This document shows, piece after piece, positions 35,601 through 47,801 of a stretch of DNA of 64,000 bases. A model generated the notes under the pieces. That model saw only the letters and a list, made by a program, of their open reading frames with translations, was not told the DNA's origin and searched no databases. Location of the stretch: assembly GCA_025558095.1 (NCBI GenBank), contig JAIVFI010000019.1:434001-498000 (forward strand). Direction: 5' to 3'. How positions within the stretch are numbered: the first letter of the stretch is position 1; every line of letters begins with the position of its first letter. Made by a program: the position numbers and the translations under genes. Origin of the DNA: Hyaloraphidium curvatum SAG 235-1 (Eukaryota; Fungi; Monoblepharomycota).

Positions 35601-38315
35601 GCGTTGGGTTTGGGCGCAAACGAGGAAAGGAAGTTGGATCCGGAAGCCTGCGCGGCACGCGCTGCGGCGTACCGCTCCTCGCTCGTCTTGAGCGCGGTGC
35701 CGAGGCCTCCCGAACCGGCGCGCACGAGCGGGTTCGACATGTCCGGCCGCGCCGACGGACGCGAAGGAAGGCCCGTGGTGCCGACCCTGCGGCCCATGGT
35801 GCTCGACCCGCCCCCGCGCGACGAGCCCGAGTCGTCGTAAATGACATCGTTCGTCGGAAGCCCCTCGGGCCGGTCCCACTTCTCCCGGGCATCCTTGAAA
35901 CGCAGGAGGAACGAGCGCTCGTACTTGATCACGCCGTCCACGCGGACCGGAGCCTTGACGCCGTCGGGGTAGAGCACCAGATCGAAGGACTCGATCTTGA
36001 CGAAGTTGCGCGGGGCCTTGGGGGCGGCCGCGGCGGCCGCAGCGCCGTCCGCAGGCTTTTCCTCGGCGGAATCGTCAGCCTTGGCCTCGTCGGCGATTTC
36101 CCCATCCTCGAGCTTGGCCTCTTCGGCGACCTCCTTTTCGGGCGCCTCGACTGCGGCGGGCTCCTTGGCCGGTACAGGAGCGGGCTCCTCTTCGGCCGCT
36201 GCGGCGGGTGCTTCCTTCTCGGCCGCAGGCTGCTCCGGCTCGGCCTTGATCGGTTGCTCGGCCTCGGCCCGGACCGGCTCCTCGCCAACCTGCTCCTTCG
36301 CTTCGACCTCGGCGGCAACCCGCTCGGTGGGTGCCACTTCGGCAGCAGGCTCTTCGGCGGCAGGCTCCTCGACGGCAGGCTCTTTGGCAGCTGGCTCCTC
36401 GGCCTTGACTTCGGCAGGCGCCTGTTCCTCGGGTGCGGGCTCCGCATCCTTCTCGACGAGCACGGAATCCTCGGCTTCCGCCTCGGGTGCAGCTTCCACG
36501 GCGGATTCCTCGGCACTTCCGACGACGGCATCCGAGGGTTTGACAGGGGCCTCCTCCTGGACGGCCTGTTCCTGCACGGGCGCGGGCGCAGCTTCCTCCT
36601 TCTCGGCAGGAGCGGGCTTCTCCTTCTCCGCGGGCGGGAGCACTGCGACCTCGGCCTCGGGGGCGGGCGCCTTGGCCTCCTCCGCGGCTTTGTCCGCGGC
36701 GGCCTTTGCCTCGGCCTCCTTCCTCTCCCTCTCCGCATCCTCGGGCCTCACGATGCGCACCGCCTTGCTCTCGCGGGGAGGCAACGGCGATACCGCCCTT
36801 GCCGACTGCGCCGACGGGGCCGGGCTGGGCGCCGAGGGCTGCTCGTCCGACGTCGCCGCCGACGCGGCCGAGGGCACCGGCGACGGGGCGACCTCGGGCT
36901 TGGGCACGTTGGGCAGCCTCATCTCCTCGCCCGTGTCCGGGTTGACGATTTTGATCCCCTTGGATGCGCGCGGGAGCTGGAAGGCCTGCTGCGGCTGCGC
37001 GGCAGGCTGCGGAGGGTAGCGCACGGCCGGCTGCTGGGGCCGCATCTGGTAGGAGGGCATGGGGGGTTGCGGCGGGTACATGGGGTATGCTTGCGGGTAC
37101 TGAGGCTGGTAGTAGCCGTAGTTCGGGTCGTACTGCGCGGGATCACGAGGGTGAGCGATGCGAGAGGGCCGGAAAGGCACGGGCGCACGCACGTAGGCCT
37201 GCTGGCCCCACTGGCCCATCTGCTGCACGCCCATTCCCATCATGTTGACGGGCATGCCGACGCCGGGCACCGGCTGATTGTTGGAGGGGCGCCGGTTGGG
37301 CGCGTAAGGCTGCACCGGCGGCCTGGGAGCGGCCGGCCGGCCCTGCTGGTATCCGTAGGGGTACACGGGCTGCGGCGAGACCGAAGGGCCCGCCGGACCC
37401 GACGGCGAGGGCGGGCGGGGCACCTGCGGGGTAGGCGAGGCAGCGAGCTTTTTGGGCTCCTCGGTGATGGAAGGGCGGCGTTCGGCGGAGGCGTCGGCCT
37501 GCTGTGCGGGGACCTGCTGCGCAGGTGGAGGTGACTGCGCGGGCGCAGGCTGGGCCGCGGGCTCCTCCGTTGCGGGACGCACCGCAGCACCGCCGGGCAC
37601 CGCAGCAGGCACGGCGGCCGGTCCGGCACCGGGAGCCGGGGGCCGCTGGTTGGGGATCATTTTGGGGGGCGCCGATTGCACGCGCGGGATCGGCGGGCCG
37701 CCGACCACGGCCGCGAACTGATGCGATGCGAGGTCGGAGGTCAGGGAAAAATCGATGCGGCGGCCGTGGGCACCCACCGGCATGGCCTGCGCGGGGGCGC
37801 CGTTGCCCGCAGGCTTGGGCGCGGTGACGGCGGCGTACATCATCGGCCGCGGGGCCTGGGCGGCGACCGACGCGGGCTGCGGAGCGCCCAGCGCCTTTGC
37901 GAGCCGCAGCTCCTGGAAGTTGGGCTGCACGATGGCGGCGCCCGACACGGGCGATTCGGGCGGCGGGTCGGCCGGCGCGGGCGCGTCGCCCGAAACCGAG
38001 CCGAAGCGGATGCCGACCGACGCGAGGGAGACTGCATCGGCGATAATGCCGCGGATATCGGTATGGTGCGAAGGGCGCGAAGGGAGGCGTCCGGAGGAGC
38101 GTTGAGACCGTTAGAGAGGCCCGGGACGACCGGGTGGCCGCCCACCTCCGGACGGCCGCGCTCGCGAGACGAGCGGCGGGGCAAAGACGACGCCGCCATC
38201 GGCCACCGCCGCGGGCGTCTCGTCGGCCGGCGATGGGCCGGGCGAGTTAGCGCTCGCCATCTGCGGCAACCACTTTGTCAGCGGGGAGGGCGCCGGCAAA
38301 CGGCCCGCCCACCAT
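32631..38315 (-). CDS. TIF4631: Translation initiation factor eIF4G
   Basis: eIF4E-binding YERSFLL. MIF4G domain (LLNKLSLEKF, IFDKAVDEPNFGSMYARLC, FRRLLLTKCQAEF, GNIRFIGELF, SSRIRF). C-terminal MA3/W2-like region. The start is approximate. Confidence 0.95.
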
Positions 38316-38495
38316 GGCACGCGCCTCTACGGTCCGTGCTGGCACTGAAGCCGACGAGACCGGTCGGATCTGTGCTGCTGACGGGGGCCCACAGGAGCCC
38401 AGTGAAACTTTTCTGTTCGACGACGCCTGCGCTAACCCGCGCTCTCTTTGCCTAACCGAAGAAGGGGAGACGCCACCTCAGCGACTCCAAATGGA

Positions 38496-40452
38496 TTACT
38501 CGAAAAGCCAGAGCTCCGCGCGACCGTCCGACCCCGCGAGCCACGTCTCCACGTCCTCGTTGTCCGCCATGACCAGCAGCTCGTCGGGGTCGTCCGCGTC
38601 GCGGAAGCGCATGCGCAGCTGCGATCGACCGTACTTCCGCGCCACCCGGTCCGCCAGCTCCGCAAACGAGGGAGCCCGGTCGAAGAGGACGTTGCGCACG
38701 TCGTCGCCCAGATGGCACTTGACGCGCAGCTGCGTTGATTGATGGCGGGCATCAGCAGTCCGATCACGATTCGCAGCAGCCAGATCGCCCACCTTGGCAC
38801 CCCCACCTGCCGCAGCCGGGGGAGGCGGTTGCGGTGCGCTGGCCACCCGCTGCCCCTGCCACGCATTTCCATCCGCGCCCGGCACCTCCTCGGCCGACCC
38901 GGACCTCGGCGTCATCCGCTTCGGGGGCGCCGGGGGCGGAGGCGGCGGCGCGGGCTTCTCCTGCGCCTCGTCCGTCGCGCGCGGCGGCACTTTCCTCGCC
39001 ATCTTTGCCTTGAGCTGCTCGGCAAACGAGCCAGGGGGAGGTTGCACGGCCGCTGGTGGGACCCGCGGGGTAGGGGGCCCGGGATCGGGGCGGGATCCGG
39101 CCGGCGAAACCGGATCGGCGCCCGAGGGCGTCTTGCGCAGCGTGCGGGCTTTGGCTCGCAGCGCGGCGGTGAGGGGATTCGAAGCCAGCTGGTCATCGCG
39201 TGCCGTGCGGGGTGTCCGATCCTGGGATCTTTCGGGGGCCGGAGGCGGTTGGGATGCAAAGTCGGGGGGAGGTGGGGGCGGTGCTGGAGGAGGAGGAGCG
39301 GCCGACGATGGCGCAGGTGATGCACCGGGTTGGGAGAGAACGAATGGGTTTGCAGGCCGAGACGCTGTCCGCGACGGAAGTGCGGGCTGTGAGGGAGGCG
39401 CAGGCGGTGATGGAGCTACGCGGGGCCGTGGAGGCAGGGGCGCTGCAGGAGGTGAGGCCGGCACAGGCGCCCACTCCTCCTGCGGATACCCGTAATGCTG
39501 CTGAGGAGTGTATGATTGTCTTGAGTACGGCTCCTGAGCGTAAGGCTGCTCGGCATACGGCTGCGCAGCGTACGGTTGGGCACCGTACGACGCCTCCCCT
39601 GCGTAAGCCTCGTACGGCAGCTCCTGCCGCGGCGCCACCGCCCTGAACCCGCACGCCGGCAGCACAGCGGGCTTCTTGGCCCCGGGCGGGCGGAACAGGC
39701 ACCCCGGCGGCACGCAGAACAGCTCCGTGTCCTCCCCCGCGATCGCGCGGTCGATTGCGGCGTAGTACTCGGCCGGGCGATCCAGCAGCGGCTTCCTCGC
39801 CCGCGCACCCTCGAGTTCCACGGACGATATGGGGTCACCGACGTGCCGCAAGGCCATGCCGCGGGCAAACATGACCTCGCACAGGTAGATGCGGTGCGGC
39901 AGGCCGAGCTGCGTGTAGTCCACGACCATGTTGCCCCGCATCGCCTGAAGAGGCGCTCAGAGAGCTTAACAACATGATGAGGGAGGTATCCCACCTTGAC
40001 TGCCAGGGTAAAATCCTCCAGTGCGGCCTGGAAGTCGCCGCTCGTGTACCGGCAGCAGCCGCGCTGCAGGTGCGCGACGGCCATCCACGGATCCAGCTGG
40101 CCTGCCCGGGCGAACCACTCCGTCTGCAGGAGACGCGTTAGGAGGATGAGATCCGCTTGCGAGAGAGGCACGTACGGCATCGGGGACGGATCCGCGAAGG
40201 AGGTGCACCTGACCCGCGTTGAAGGCCATTTTGGCCGTGTCGCCGGCCGCCTTTGTGGGGTAAGCGGGGACAGCGGCGACAAGCAGCAGAGTCTTACAGC
40301 AAAAGAGACCAGCGCCCCGCCGTAGTCTCCTGCGTCCACGGACGCGAGGGCCGCGGTCCATTGGGTCAGCCCGGCCTGCGGCTGCCGGTCAGGGCCGCGA
40401 ATCAAGAGGCGGACCAGCACCCCACCTTGAAATGCTGTGCCAGCTGATCCAT
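38496..40452 (-). CDS. noxR: NADPH oxidase regulator NoxR / p67phox-like (TPR + PB1) with Pro-rich insert
   Basis: QWTAALASVDAGDY, LDPWMAVAHLQRG, MRGNMVVDYTQLGL...LCEVMFARG, LFCVPPGCLFRP. PB1 domain LRVKCH...RFRDADDPDELLVMADNEDV. Confidence 0.9.
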
Positions 40453-40630
40453 CCCGCGTGCGGCCGGGCCCCGGTGCCGCCTCGGAAGCTGGGAATTGTG
40501 GAGATTTTAGTGGGCAGCGCGGAGTGTGCACCTCCGATCACTCCGATCAAAATCAAAATCAGACAACCAAAATCCGCGACGCACCGTCCCCGAATCATTT
40601 CCCGCGAATTGTGCCACCTAGCGGGCGGGC

Positions 40631-41314
40631 ATGTACGGCGACGAGGCGCTCAAGGTGGGTTGCCGGTGAGCCGAGCCCGCCCGTGCTAACTCGGGGCAGC
40701 TCGTGCGCGGCAGCCGCGGCGACCGGCTCGCGCAGTACGAGCCCGACGTCGTCGCCGAGGTGAAGCGCGAGTGCGCGCGGCTCGCGCAGGACATGGCGCG
40801 CGCGCTGGCGGAGCGGCGCGACGAGCTCGTGCGCGGCCGCGACACGCCGGCCGGCCGCGGCTGGGTGGCCAAGCTGTACATGGACCGCCTCGCGCTGCTG
40901 CGCAACAAGCGCTGCTTGCTGGCGTACCACGCCGCGCGGCTGAGCAAGCTGCGCGACGTGTGCTGGGACCTCGGCTCCGGAGGCGTCGGCGGCGACCCGC
41001 CCCCGGCTACCGCCTCCCTGCTGTCGCAGGACGAGCTGGACTTCCACTCGCGCTACGCCGAGCTGGTGCTGGCCTACTCAGAGGCCGTGGGCGGCGACGC
41101 GATCGGCCTCACCACGCAGACGCTACAGCCGCCGAAGGACGTCTTCATCGCCGTGCGCGTGGTGCGCGACGTCGGGACCATCGTCACGGAGAGCGGCGGC
41201 GAGCTGGATCTGCGCCAGGGCTCGCAGGCCTGGGTCATGCGGCGCGACGTGGAGCATCTGATCCTGCAGGGGGACCTGGTGCAGGTGCGGCGGCCCAATG
41301 TGGGCTCGTTCTAG
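40631..41314 (+). CDS. PSF1: GINS complex subunit Psf1
   Basis: MYGDEALK|LV, LLRNKRCLLAYH, PPKDVFIAVRVVRDVG, VEHLILQG. Confidence 0.95.
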
Positions 41315-41440
41315 CCGCGTAGGCGCGTAGGACGTGCAGGGGAGGGTCTCTGTCGGCCTCTGTGCCGTCCACTCGATTACTCTGTACACCGCCCGTGACC
41401 CCATGTGCAGCCGTGTCCACGTCTCGTGCCCGCGATCAGA

Positions 41441-42914
41441 TCACCTGTTTGCGAGCAGCTTGGCCTCGGCCGCGACGCGCGCAATGTCATGCTCCAGGAA
41501 GGTCATGCTCTTGAGCTTGGCCAGGCGCCCTGGGCTCTTTTTCTCGAAGCAGGGCCGCAGTGCGACGGCCAGCGCGGCCATGGCAAGCACCGCGGCACCG
41601 AGCAGGATCCACCGCCAGTCCACGTACCCCGCCACATCCTCCAGGAGCAGGTGCGCCCCCTGCTCCGAGCCCGATCCCTGCACCGCGTAGAGGCTCACGT
41701 GCCACCGCCTGTGGGGGAACACCACGCCGTCGTTCTGGCCTCCGCATCCCAGCTCCGATGACCGGAGGTCGCAGATCCCCTCGAAAAGGTGCCGGAAGCC
41801 GCCCACGGCCCAGAGCTGCTCCATCCAGCCCGTCACGTTCTTGCGGAGCAGCCGCTGCGCGGGGATCTGCTCCCCGGCGACGGCGTTCAGGCCGAGGACG
41901 GGGAAGCGCAGCAGCGTCGCGTTGGCGGGCGGCGGCGGCGGGGCCTTTTTCTTGCCCTTCCCCTTGGGCGACGGTGCCGGTGCCAGCGCGATCTTCTTCT
42001 CGGGGAAGGAGAAGACCGTGACCGAAGCGCTCTCCGGAAGCTTTGCGTTCGTGCGAGGGTCGTCTGAAGTGGGAGCAGGTGTGAGTATCGAGTGGATAGC
42101 GGCCGTCGGCGCCACGAAACCCACAGAGCGACCCGACGGTCGAGCCCTTGGCCCCGATGCTCTCGATGACAAACTCCTTGTGCACCTGCTGCCACCCGTC
42201 GTCCTTTTCCGGTTTCTCCTGCTTCATCGTCCTGCACGATCCCTCGCACCGCTGGCTCATGAGCGCGACGCCGACCGAGTCGTCGCGGCAGATGCCGTCC
42301 AGCACGCGCTCCTCCCCCGCGTCCAGCACCGCGACCCAGGTCTCGCTACACGAGGGTGCAATGACGACGCAGCCTTCGGACGAGGCAATCGGCCCGCTGG
42401 CAGGGGCGTCGGGTCCGCATTTGACCTTGACCGAGAAGCGCCGGGGCCGCGGCGGCGCCCCGCGGAAGGAAAAGAGCAGGTGCGACCGCACCTCGCCCAG
42501 GGCGGTGCCGAAAGGAGGGTGCACGGTGCGCACGACCAGGGCCAGGGCCAGCAGCAGGGCGACGGCGATCAGGGCGGCGACGAGCGGGAAGCCGGGCGGG
42601 GGGTGCGGCGAGGACGATGCCACGCGCACCTTCCGCTGCAGGGGGAACGATCGCGGGCTGCGAGGCGGCGAAGCAGGGTCCGATACGCCCGATCCCGGCT
42701 CCGGCGTGGAGGGGCGGTCGCCGGACAGCGGCTGCATTGCGAGCGGCAGCGGCCTGTCATCGGCGCCGGGGTCGGCGGGCTCCCCCAGCGGCGCCAGGCC
42801 GAGCACGGCCGCTGCCCCCGGCGAGCTTGTTGCTCTGCGGTGCGACTCGGTCACCCGCGGCTCCTTCTCGGGCGACGGCGTGAGCGTGCGCGCCGGGCCC
42901 CCGCGAGAGTGCAT
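41441..42914 (-). CDS. Uncharacterised two-TM membrane protein with Cys-rich lumenal segment
   Basis: ORFs 41487..42914 and 41441..42172 are joinable by an intron (~42065-42135). Hydrophobic LVAALIAVALLLALALVV and WILLGAAVLAMAALAVAL flank a six-Cys stretch. Confidence 0.6.
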
Positions 42915-43110
42915 TGTTTATCGGCGCGGCCACGCGGGCTGCAGCGGGCGGGCGGCGAGGCGACCGTCGGCAAACCGTTCTGCCGGGACGGTGCGCTGCG
43001 CTGGGCCCTCGACGGCTGCGCCTGCGGAAGCGGGCGCCGCTTTGCTTTGGGGACAGTGTTTGGCGTTGAACAACAGAGGTGTTGGCGTGTTCAGCCAGGC
43101 CACTGATCGA

Positions 43111-45179
43111 ATGGCCATGCCTGTGATAGCGACGATTCCAATGATTCCACGCGCCTTGGTCGCCTTTGGCGCCCTCTTCGCGTGCTTGTCGGCTCTTGGA
43201 TCTGTCCATGCGTCGCAGCAGCGCGTGGTTGCGGCCCGCCGGCCCAAGTGCCCGATAGACGAGCTCGCCCGCTGGCTCGAATCCAAGTCCAAGATACTGG
43301 CCGAGTTCGACACGCGGCTGAACGAAGCTTCGTGGGCATACGAAACCAACGTCACGGACGAGAACCAGGAGGCGGCCTCGCGGGCGAGCGTCGAGTTTGA
43401 CGCCATCTCGCTCAAGGTTTCCAGCTCCGCGCGGAAGGAGTTTCGCGGCTGCATTGGCGCGAAAGGCGCGTCGGAGGAGCAGGATGCGGTGCTGCGCCAG
43501 TTCCGGTTCGTCCTGGAAATGTCGGACGGCATCATGTCCGACAAGCGGCGGCAAAAGAGGCTCACGGAGGGTCGGTTCTCTCGACGCCCCCGTCCCCGGT
43601 CCTTCTCACGCGGAACCCCCGGCAGTCGTCAACGAAATGACCGCGATCTACGCGAAAGCCACGGTCAACGGCAGCCTGCACCTGGACCCCGAGCTGACGC
43701 GGATCATGGCCACCTCGCGCGACCCGAAGGAGCTTGAGTACGTCTACGTGGCCTGGAGGAAAGCCAACTACGCTTCGCGCAAGCTGTACGAGGAGTACGT
43801 CGAGCTGAGCAACCGCGCTGCCCGGGAATCGGGCTTTTCGGACATGGGCCAGCTCTGGCGTTCCGGCTTCGACATGACGGCGCAAGAGTACGCGGAAATG
43901 GTCGAGAAGCTGCTGGAACAGGTCATGCCGCTCTACGAGGCGCTCCACTGCTACGCACACGCCAAGCTCAACGCCTTTTACGGGGATGCGGTCGTGGACC
44001 CCCAGGATCCCTTCATCCCCGCCCACCTCTTCGGCAACATGTGGAGCCAGGACTGGTCCGAGATCGCCGACATCCTCCGGCCCTTCCCCGTCGGCTCGAT
44101 CGACATCACCCCCGAGCTGCGCCGCCAGAACTTCGACGCCGTCAAGATGCACCGCCTCGGGGAGTCGTTCTACAAGAGCCTGGGGTTCGACTCGCTCCCG
44201 CAGACGTTCTGGACGCGGTCGATGCTGCGCCGTCCGCTGGGCCGGGACGTGGTCTGCCATGCGTCGGCGTGGGACGTCGGGTACGACGACCTGCGGATCA
44301 AGATGTGCACCGAGGCGACGCAGGGCGATTTCGAGACGGTACACCACGAGCAAGGGCATGTTTTCTATTTCCATTACTACCGCGATCTTCCCTATGTGTT
44401 CCGGGACGGTGCGGCCGACTTTTTCCACGAGGTCGGATTTCTTGGATAGCCATTCGTGGTACACCACTGATTCTATCCCTGCAGGCCATTGGCGACGCCA
44501 TCCTGTTCTCCGCCCTGAATCCCAAGCACCTGCGCGACGACCTCAACCTCCTCCCGTCCAACTCCACCTTCGACTCCCCCGAATCCATAATCAACACGCA
44601 GATGACCATGGCCCTGGGGAAGATCGCCATCCTCCCGTTCGCCTACCTCGTCGACCGGTGGCGCTGGGACGTGTTCTCGGGTTCCACGCCGTGGGAAGAA
44701 GCCAACGTGCACTACGCGGCCCTGATTGCCAAGTGGCAGGGCATGCGGATGCCGGCGTCGCTGAACCCGCGAAAGAAGAAGGCGTTCGATGCGGTCGCAA
44801 AGTATCACATCTCGTCGGACACGCCCTACACCCGCTGTAGGTCTATGCAGCCGTGTTGTATGCCCGGTTGCTCATTCCTGTATGTACAGACTTCCTCGCC
44901 GCAGCCCTCTCCTTCACCATCCACCGAGCACTCTGCCGCGCGATCGGGCACCAGGGCCCGCTGCACGAGTGCTCCGTCTTTGGCTCGCAGGTCGCGGGCG
45001 AAAAGTACAAGGCCATGCTTTCGCTGGGCCGGTCCAAGCCGTGGCAGGAGGCCTTGGCGACGCTGTCTGGGGAGACGACGGTGGACGCTTCGGCCATGAT
45101 CGAGTACTTTGCTCCGCTGAAGGAGTTCCTCGACAAGCAGAACGAGGGCCGGAAGTGCGGCTGGCGGGACGCCTTGTAG
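43111..45179 (+). CDS. Angiotensin-converting-enzyme-like peptidyl-dipeptidase (peptidase M2), secreted, single domain
   Basis: Signal peptide, ASWAYETNVT, IPAHLFGNMWSQDW, VVCHASAWD, IKMCT, HHEQGH, FHE|AIGD, FDAVAKYHI, PYTRYF, MLSLGRSKPW. Confidence 0.95.
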
Positions 45180-45272
45180 CCCTGGAAATTGCAAAGAGAA
45201 AGATCTTCGTTCCGCAGTTCGCAGAGCCAGGAATCTACAATACGGGTAGGTATCTTCTTCCATCCTAGATCG

Positions 45273-47668
45273 TCAGATCGTCAGGTACTCGACCGTGTAG
45301 ACACGCCTCGTCCACAGCCTAACAATGTGCTCGGATCGCTCGTACCACGGCAAACCCTCCGGATCCGGCACCTTTGCATCCCGCAGGGGCACGTTCTGGT
45401 TCAGCAGGATGTTGTACGGCCCGGGCAGGTTCTCAAGCACGGCGGCTTTCCCGCCCGGCCTCGGCACCGTCTGGAACGCCAGGTCCTCCTCGACGTCGAT
45501 GTCCAGCCCCATCGCGTCGTCCTCCTGCTGCTGCAGCTCCTCGGGACCCGGCCCGTCGGGCCCCTCGGACTGCCCGCGGTGCGCCATCAGCTCCGCCTGC
45601 GCCTCCTGGTACTTGAGCATCAGCTGCATCTGCTCCTCGTCGTCCGGGTTGAACACGGGGTACTCGGCCTGCGGCGAGCCCGCGGGGCTGGACCTCGAAA
45701 TGGCGGCCATGAGATCCGCCTCGGCGTTCTGCACCTTTTCCTGCCGCGCGACCTCCTCGCGCCAGCGCCGCGCGCGCCGCTCCACGGCGTCCACCATGCC
45801 GTCGGGGATGCGGCAACGCAGGAAGCGGCGCTCCCACCAGCATTTGCGCATCGGCCGCCGCGCGGTCGTCGATCCGGGCGCGTACCCGGGTTCGTCCACC
45901 TGCGTGATGACCCCCGGGGGCGCGCCGCCCCCGGCCGCCGCGGCTGCCGGCGCCGCGGAAGCCGGCGCCGCGGAAGCCGAGTCTCCCGCCGCCGGCCGCA
46001 CCTGCGCGGTCTGCGGGCTCCGCGGCGACCCCGCTTCCACGTTCTTGAGCATGGCCAGGCTGACCATCCTGCACTTTCCGACCTCCATCTCGCGGTATCC
46101 CCACTCGCTCGACGCCTCCACGTCCGAGACGGTGCCCAGGTGGTGCAGCATCGGCGAACCGGGCGTGGGATCCGCGGCGTCCAGGATCTTCCGCCGGTCG
46201 AGCAGCCACCGGCCGCAGCCCCGGCGGAGCAGGGCGAGCATGAACAGGCGCCGCTGCGGGATCCGCTCCCGCGCCTCGGATCCCTCCAAAGGGTTGCCCT
46301 CGGAATCAAGGTACTCGTCCAGGATGTCGTCCGTGTCGGGCACGCGGGTGGGGAGCTCGATCCCGTCTGCGCTTTCCCCGGCGCCGCGCGGGAAGGAGCC
46401 GGCGGGGAACCGGAACGACTCCGACATGGGGCCCTCGGGCATGACGTAGTAGTCGAGCTCCTCCCTGACGACGACGATCGTCTGCGGTTGGCTCGGGATG
46501 AAGGTGGCGGGGGAGCGCGGGGCGGAGGACTGCACGGCCATGAGCGGCTCCAGCATCCGCGTCACGGTGGTGGGGGACGGGAGGGGTTTTTCGCCTCTGC
46601 AGCGCGGGCACGAGTCAGGCGTGGTTCCCGACGCGGCAGCAAACCAGCTCCCACCGATCGTCGGCCGTGCTGAACGAGTTGCTGCTCTGGCCCGGGAAGA
46701 GGTCGCTGTCGGCGTCCGCAGGCACGGTCGGGCTCGACGCGCGGCCCGAATAAATCGACATGAGCATGACCTGGAAGAACTCGAGGATGAAGCCGAAAAT
46801 GCGGGGGTCGAAATTGACCTGAAGGACCTGTTGAAGATGAGGGGGTTAGGGGAATGGGCGAGGACCGCGTTGCGCCGCCAACCTGGATGCCCGACTCCTG
46901 CTCAAACTCCTCCACGTCCTCCGAGTCTTCCGAAATTTCCTCGTGGTCGTAGGATCCGCTCTCGCCGGGCTCGCTGCGCTCCTCCTCGTCGGCGTCGGCG
47001 TGCGCGTCGGCGGCGTCCGACGCCATGGCGGTCGGGTGCTTCTCCTTCTCCACGCTGGGCTTGCGCGAGCGCGTTTCGCCGTCGGGGGCCAGCGACGCGT
47101 CCGCTGCGCCGTCTGCGGCGCGCAGGGCCGAGGGCGGTGCGGTCGGGCGCCGGGCCAGCTTCCTGCCGCCGGCCTCCGACTCCGACGTGTCCGATGCCTC
47201 GTCGTCCATGTCGTCCGCGGTGTAGAAGCGCTGCCAGCGCATTGCGGTAGTTTTCGACACGGGCGGGGGTGCGAAGACCGGCGATCCTTGCCCCGTGCCC
47301 TGTGTGCCCTGGGAGTTCCCGGCGTTCGAGGGGGCGGCCCCCGAGTTCTGCGCCAGAATGCCGGTGCCGAGTCTGCCCTGCCGCGCGTACGAGCCGACCA
47401 GCGCGCCGAGCCCGCCGCCGCCGTCGCCGCGCGACTGCAGCAGCGCGAGCAGCGGGTACGCCTGCGGCCCGCCCGGCGCGCCGGCGCCCGCGAACATGCC
47501 GACGAGCACCGACTCGGGGAAGAGCCGCAGGATGTTGATGTCGACGTCGAACCGCACGCCGCGCAGCTCGAGGTGCAGCACGTTCGGCCGGTGGATGTAC
47601 AGCGTCTGCGGGTACGGGAACGCCGCGCCGCCCGGCCCCGCCGGCCCCGCGCCGCCCGATCCCGCCAT
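45273..47668 (-). CDS. WHI2: Whi2-like BTB/POZ protein
   Basis: LELRGVRFDV...LFPESVLVGMF, VNFDP, IVVVREELDYYVMP, RRPMRKCWW, VRLWTRRVYTVE. Confidence 0.8.
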
Positions 47669-47801
47669 CCTCGTGATCGGGGAGGCGCCGGGACGCGTCC
47701 TAAACCCCGTGGGCTGCCGGTACCTGGGTTTGTCGAAGGCCCCTGACCGCAAGGCGATTGGTCCAACGGTTCACATCATCACATTCCCCTAACTTTGATC
47801 C

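Noticed and set aside
33896-37534. Several long plus-strand ORFs (559, 464, 340, 426 aa)
   Set aside because: Antisense to eIF4G; stop-codon scarcity from GC3 bias explains them.
42148-43110. N-terminal 320 aa of the 529-aa ORF as an extension of the ACE-like protein
   Set aside because: It overlaps the opposite-strand membrane-protein gene, and the signal peptide begins at the ATG near 43111.
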